A DNA stretch of 57,764 nucleotides, counting the filler, from Sphacelaria rigidula (lineage: Eukaryota): the NCBI GenBank assembly GCA_964200075.2. It is 7 parts of 7 records of this genome, joined end to end, with 100 filler letters (N's around TTAATTAATTAA, not from the genome) between each part and the next. Parts side by side here need not be neighbours in the genome. Positions count along the whole stretch, not along the records: positions 49,600 to 57,764 come from CAXNAA020012064.1; 6 more parts are not named here. The stretch is one strand, 5' to 3'. Shown here piece by piece: positions 52,150-57,764 of this stretch. Below the pieces are notes generated by a model. It was not told where the DNA came from. It searched no databases and saw nothing but the letters and a program-made list of their open reading frames with translations. Position 1 is the stretch's first letter; every line of letters starts with the position of its first letter. A program made the translations under genes and the position numbers.

Positions 52150-55100
52150 GTTGTTCTCACCGCACCATCCGTCATCTACGTACATGACACTGCAGGACCA
52201 GGATTGCCGATACGAACATGCGCGTCTCCATCCGTCGGACGCCGGCCCTGTCTGCACGCGCAACCCGCAGACGGGCACGCAATACCCCAGGAAGGACAGG
52301 TTTCGGCCAAACCTACAGCATCAACATCAAAAAAATCGAAAGACTATAGTAGATCAACATCCCGCTGGGCGAAGGGACAAGTAAGTCGGGCCAAGCATGC
52401 CACCGAGTTTGCAAACGAAATGACAGTACCACCGCTAGCAAAGGCTGCGGTGGAACCGCCGCCAGCGAATCCCGGACACAAGGAAAGCACCATTAAATCC
52501 CGGTGGTCCAAGGGACAATGGAGTGCTCGAGGAAGGAAAATCTCCGCCGGGGGTGGAGGAGGTGACGATGCCTCGGTGCCAGAAGGCGACCACGCTCCAG
52601 GCATTGGGGGAACATGGATGGGTGATGAGGAGGCGAAGCAATTGGAAGAGGCTCTTGCTGGGGGGGAAGAGGCTGAAGCAGAGGTTGGTGCTCACCGGCC
52701 GTATCCCCGTAGGGGTCGTGATGGTAGGATCGAATATACAACAACGCTTGAAGAATGTGTGCTGCACGCGTGTCCTGTGTGTTCGGTTCGGTGCTTTGAA
52801 TGGTCTTGTGGTTTACCTCTTCCCATCGCAACAGCGACTGATCAGTAAAGCCGAACATTCTTGACTTTAGGTTTGTGCGAGATGTAGCGCGGAAGTGGCG
52901 CGGCATGCATGTTTGCAGTATTGGGTGTGGAAGTGATACGACTGATGACGATGACCACGTTGAACGGGCGGCTTGATATGCACACCACTACTGACATCGA
53001 CCGGGGACTGCCGTTGTGACTGTAGCACACTTTCTTGCGAGTAGTACCTACCTGCTGTATCCAGAAGCTCGAACTCAGTTGAACCCTTCAACGCTTGAGG
53101 CTATAGATAGACCCTGCATCGACCTCTGGAAATATGTAATGAATGCTTCGAAACTGCTTCGACGAAGGCCGCTCCTAATGGAGATGCGTTTGACACCATT
53201 TCTTGGCTCAAGACAGGAAATTTCGTCACCACTCATCTTGAACCCGACCCGTCACCTCACCGAGAAAAGCCTAACCTGACCCACTTCTGCCGATTTCCTA
53301 GACCTTTAGGTTTCGCAAATGGCCTCCTGCCAGAGCCCCAATTGGAAATAGAAACATGCCAAGACGACTTCAAAATTTGCAACTATCACGAAAAGACGCC
53401 AATTTCGTTTCCAGGGTTTTCAGGGAGGTGGGCATTTGCGAGACCTAGAAGCCTGGCGAATGGGAAAAGCGGGTTAAGCTCCTCTCAGTCAGGCGATGTA
53501 TCGCATCAATCCGCTACATTTATTTGTCTGTGGCTCGCGGTATTGTGACGAGCCAGTCGAACCCCATGCACCGTTTGCGGCGAATAAATGTAGTGGATTG
53601 ACCTGACGAGGAAGTTTGCTCTTTAGGGCAATGATATAATAGGATGGTCTCGAAAAGTACGTTCTGTGCGCGATGTAGCGGATTCCAGTGTGGCTGATTG
53701 TGAGTGTGTGTGCGGGTGTGTGTTTTGAACCAAGATTTTTGTTGTGTTCTGCGTCGTTCGCCTCTGCGGCGGTGTCTTGTGTTGTGATTCATGCCTTCGC
53801 AGCCGAAACTGACCAAGAAACGGCTGAAGAAGTACAGCGCCAAAGACTTTCAGGACTCCTCGTGGACGCTGGGTATTCAATGGAAGAGCAAACCGTATGA
53901 GATCTTCACGACGAAGGTGCGTCGACTGTCGGGACCGATTTGCTACTACAGTCTCACAGTGATGAAGTTGTGGCTGCTGATTGACTGGCACGAAGTTGAC
54001 CCACCGTGTTTCTGCAGCAATAAGTCGGACGTGGAGGTTTACTTGGGGTCAACAAGCGGCACGACATGTGCATTTAATATTAGTCTACATCAACCAGATA
54101 TCACATCTGACTGCGCTTGTTTGCAGGCTGGGTGCGTTCAAAGCCAGCGAGGGTTGACAGCCCGGAGGAGAGAACTCGGAGAGGGGTACAAGTAGTAGCG
54201 CAACTCCAATTCGCACAATAAGTAGATGAGGTGGTCACAATTGAAAGCTCATTACTAAGCTCAAATGACAGTATTACAGTAAGTCATTCCCTGGTATTGT
54301 TTTAGAGCACCAATTCTGTGCGCCCACCGGGGCACCTCCACACAAGTTGAGCAAACCTTGGAGGTGTATGCCCGAACGTTGCGTGGGCTCTCTTTTGATA
54401 TTTTCTTCCAGTGTCTCATCGTGCAAGAGGCAAGTCCATGGGTGAAGAGATGGGGTTCTTCTTCAAGTACAGGGCGAGGCGAGATAAATTTGTTTGTCAA
54501 AACCAATGTGTAAGTGATATCGTGTGCCATGATGCAGTACTAGCTAGGGTATTATACCCCCCATCCCCCGTATCCCCGGTGATGACTCTTCGCGCTCGAG
54601 AACTTGAAAATCGCGAATGCCCTGTGGGGTATCCCTCCTGGAACGGTGTGCTATCCTCCGGAGTATGCGACTGTGCGTTCACGTGTACATCCTTGTAGCG
54701 CATATACACTGCAGGCCAACTGTCTTCAGGTGCCTCTAAGTCTCATGTTTGTCCATGGGTCCAGGGTTAGTACCGCTCTACCTCTGGTTTACGCACCCAA
54801 TATGTCGGTGCATGCTCAATGGCTGGTAGAGCTGCCGCGGAACGCAACCCCTGATAGCACGTACTCTCACCTTCACACGGACCATAAATGCTGCGCTGCT
54901 AGCACAAAGGGTAGACCCCTGTGCGGATGCAATCATGTACCGAATAGTCTGTTGGTGAGGTGGTTTCGGAGAGACCAGGCCCCTCTGTCATGTTTGATAC
55001 CTGTTCCGAGTCTCAATGAGATCCAAATGGTGTCATGATTGTCACGGAAAAGCATATCAACCCCATTCCCATGCCTTGTCACAACATCAGGTTGCGTTGA

Positions 55101-56680
55101 AAAAAGATGGCTCGGTGGTGTGGCTGGACCGCGGGAAGGGGAGCTGGGCGATGCGCTCAAAGAGCCGCGATTTGGTATTTTACCGCGACTTCTTTTGGAA
55201 TTGGAACGGTAAGCGCATCTACTCGGCCAAGCTACTGGACAACACGTGCGACTTATACCTGGAGGGAGTGATAAAGGGTTGGGCGCCGTTCGTTCAGCTG
55301 GGCATCTATGGATATTTCCAAGCTGTTCGCAGGTGAATTACGTGCTTCCCCATCTGACTGTCACCGAGCAACACGCAGGTCGTTGTGCGTTGTTTCCACC
55401 CATTCCCCCCTGCGGTTTGCAAGGTATGGTAGCTGTATGTGCGGCAGGTACGGCATCACGTTGTCTACCTCTGCCCTTTCGTGGGGCCACTTGCAGAGTT
55501 CTCTCTTGGCACCTACATGCGCGTTGGGATCGCATTGCTGGTCTTCATCCCATTCCGACGTGACACCGAGGATTAATCGCGACAGTGCCACGACATCCAT
55601 GTGGCGGTAGCAGTGGATTGTTGTACCCGCGCTTGACGTGTTGCGTGTTGTGAGCTGCGACGATACAGTAGCCGAGGTCTTGACGTAGTGTATGAGCTGT
55701 ATTCCAAAAGCATACGAGGTAGCTTGTGCCTTGTTGGCGGACATGCCCTCCTGTGACCGCCGGTGTTCATCCGGAGCTGATGCGATGACGAAAGCCCAGA
55801 GGTTCATTCAGGCCACTGCATTGTCCACCCGAACCACGTGTCAACCATTCGGATTCTCACGCTGCAGTTATGCTGCTATTCCTTTGCTTATTTTCCTTTG
55901 TTCGTGTTCACCCCCCTGATCTTTTCGTCTTACTGACGTTCCGGCAGAGACGTGAAGATAGACGAAAACAGCCCAAGGCCTCCCTGGGAGAGCCGGCCAA
56001 TCGATGACGATCCACTTCCCCCGAGCTGGGGGAAGAGAACGATCAAGGCTATCGAAACCCCGGTACCACTAGATTAAGGTAGAGAGCTGAGCACCCCGCC
56101 TTGTGCAATTTTTTTGTTGATGGTCCCGATCGGTCGTTCCGGCGAATGTTTGGAGTCAATGGGAGTGCAGGCGAAGGGAAGGCGTGTGCGGGGGGTATCG
56201 GGTTTTCGTTTGCGCTTCCATTTCCCAGATTGCCTGTGTACGTGGCTACGAAAATAGATGCGAACGTTGTACTGGAAAAGCGCTGTCTCAATGCGGCGAG
56301 AGTTGCAAGTATCGAGACTCGCGTGAGACCCTCAACTTACGCTCGGCACCACTGTTTGCGCTCGGCCTGACTGGAAAGTATGCTCACCTGTGCTGGGGTT
56401 ATTCAATATTCGCCCATCATTTGGGATTAATAAAATCATGGTGTTGGTATTGGGTTACTTCAAGAGCATCTCGATCGCCAGGAGTTTCGCAGCTGGTTTC
56501 CGTATATCAATTCTCCGTGCTCGCCCGATTATGGATGCTGTAGGCGATCGAAGAGCAGGCTATCGGACCGTAACACCTTTGTAAGAAATTGCAGGCCGCG
56601 ATACGTGGGTCGCAAGCCTCACTTATCCAGCATCCCGTTATTTTCCTCCATTTTTTCTTACCTGGTTCAACTACATCACA
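52150..56680 (+). pseudogene. Degenerate Cys-rich KDZ-like (Kyakuja-Dileera-Zisupton) transposase relic
   Basis: Fragments in order: CPVCSVRC; KFVCQNQCVSDIVCH; VVWLDRGKG...RDFFWNW; VAVCAAGT (xxDGT-like); GFSFALPFPRLPVY...D...C; SCK...PLF...HLCWGYSIF; AIEEQ...KKLQ...FLHFFL. Many frameshifts. Confidence 0.5.
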
Positions 56681-56689
56681 CATGTTTCA

Positions 56690-57000
56690 ACTGGGACGAA
56701 ACGATCGTGACAATCTCCCCAAAACAGGCTTCACGGGAATAGTCACCATGCACACCCGTGTCGCATATTTACACGGAGCTAACGGACGTTCGAGACTGCG
56801 CACAGATATCCAGTCTTCTTGCCTACCTCTTGGTCGTAGTTGTCCACTGCGATCCATACCGCCACAGAGATGCTGTCCCCCTGAGCTCATGGCGCGAAGA
56901 ACGACCAAGACCGAGAAAGGCAACATCCAGGGAAACGGTCGAGTATGAGCACAACCACCAGCATTTTCTGGGGAGCCGTGGTCTTGGTGTGCAACAACTC
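56690..57000 (-). pseudogene. Degenerate TET/JBP-like 2OG-Fe(II) dioxygenase fragment
   Basis: Across frameshifts: PENAGG / TVSLDVAFLGLGRSSRH / GDSISVAVWI / EDW / SNVR*LRVNMRHG. Confidence 0.45.
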
Positions 57001-57764
57001 CAAGGTCTATGATTTTGGTTGATGATACTGCTTGGGATTCCCGTCGACTGAAAACCGGGCGTACGTGACATACAGTAGCTTCGGGTCAAAGAACCTCAAT
57101 GTTTTTCAGACCTGAACGCCTCCTGCGTACTTGTAGCTCTCGTCGGAGACTGCGACACTTGTGGAGCTCATCATCCCCGTTTCACTGACTTCGTACACCA
57201 CTGGCACGCTCACAACAACGTCACTGGAAAAAGAAACTGAGCAGCTATAACTGCGTACGATGTCTTGCGCATGTTACTGACGATTATACTGCGAATAAAC
57301 CTCAGCAAGGTCAGCATTCACCGAAACCATGACTGGTGGTTGTATTCGTCGATCACAAAGCCATCCGAACGTCGACAATGGCGCTACTTACCGGAACAAA
57401 TTGTCGGCTCATGTCAGTGGAATCCCGGTGGACAGCGACGGGGCCTGCTCCTAACGGCTTCCACACCACACCGTCCTGAGCGACGCGGGCGGACTCCCAG
57501 CCCACCTAAGACGATGCAAGTTTGCCCAGCTCCTCGTTGAGGACAACGGAAGCAACGGTGCGATCTGTCTTCCAAGCGTTGAAAACCTGGAAAGGGCAAA
57601 TAACATACATCCCCTCAGCGTCGGCAGATACACATCTGGGTCCGATCTTCATTTTCACGTGAACATGATGCCGATTCAAGAAATGGACACACTATCGAAG
57701 GGCTTCAGGCTGGGGGCCGTTCCCAGCCATGAAGAAAAGGTTAACCCCCCCCCCCCCCCCCCCC

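Overview
Repeat-rich eukaryotic nuclear DNA, most likely a brown alga or related stramenopile (inferred from the intron style and retroelement sequences). It is not one locus: seven contigs of 8167, 8167, 8167, 8166, 8166, 8166 and 8165 bp are joined by 100-bp N-TTAATTAATTAA-N linkers in decreasing size order, so nothing can be linked across the gaps. I could splice three partial genes by hand. Contig 1 holds a six-exon phage-type RuvC-like resolvase with intact acidic catalytic motifs, contig 3 an ArfGAP + C2 gene, and contig 6 an orphan membrane-protein gene. The rest is mostly decayed mobile DNA: LINE and Copia remnants, tRNA-derived SINEs, piggyBac-like and mariner-like MITEs, and mini- and microsatellites. 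The best candidate for an unusual system is contig 7. It carries a heavily frameshifted, Cys-rich KDZ-like (Kyakuja-Dileera-Zisupton) transposase relic lying convergent to a TET/JBP-like 2OG-Fe(II) dioxygenase relic, next to twin 42-bp repeat arrays. Those two calls rest on recognising degenerate motifs by eye and need HMM confirmation.
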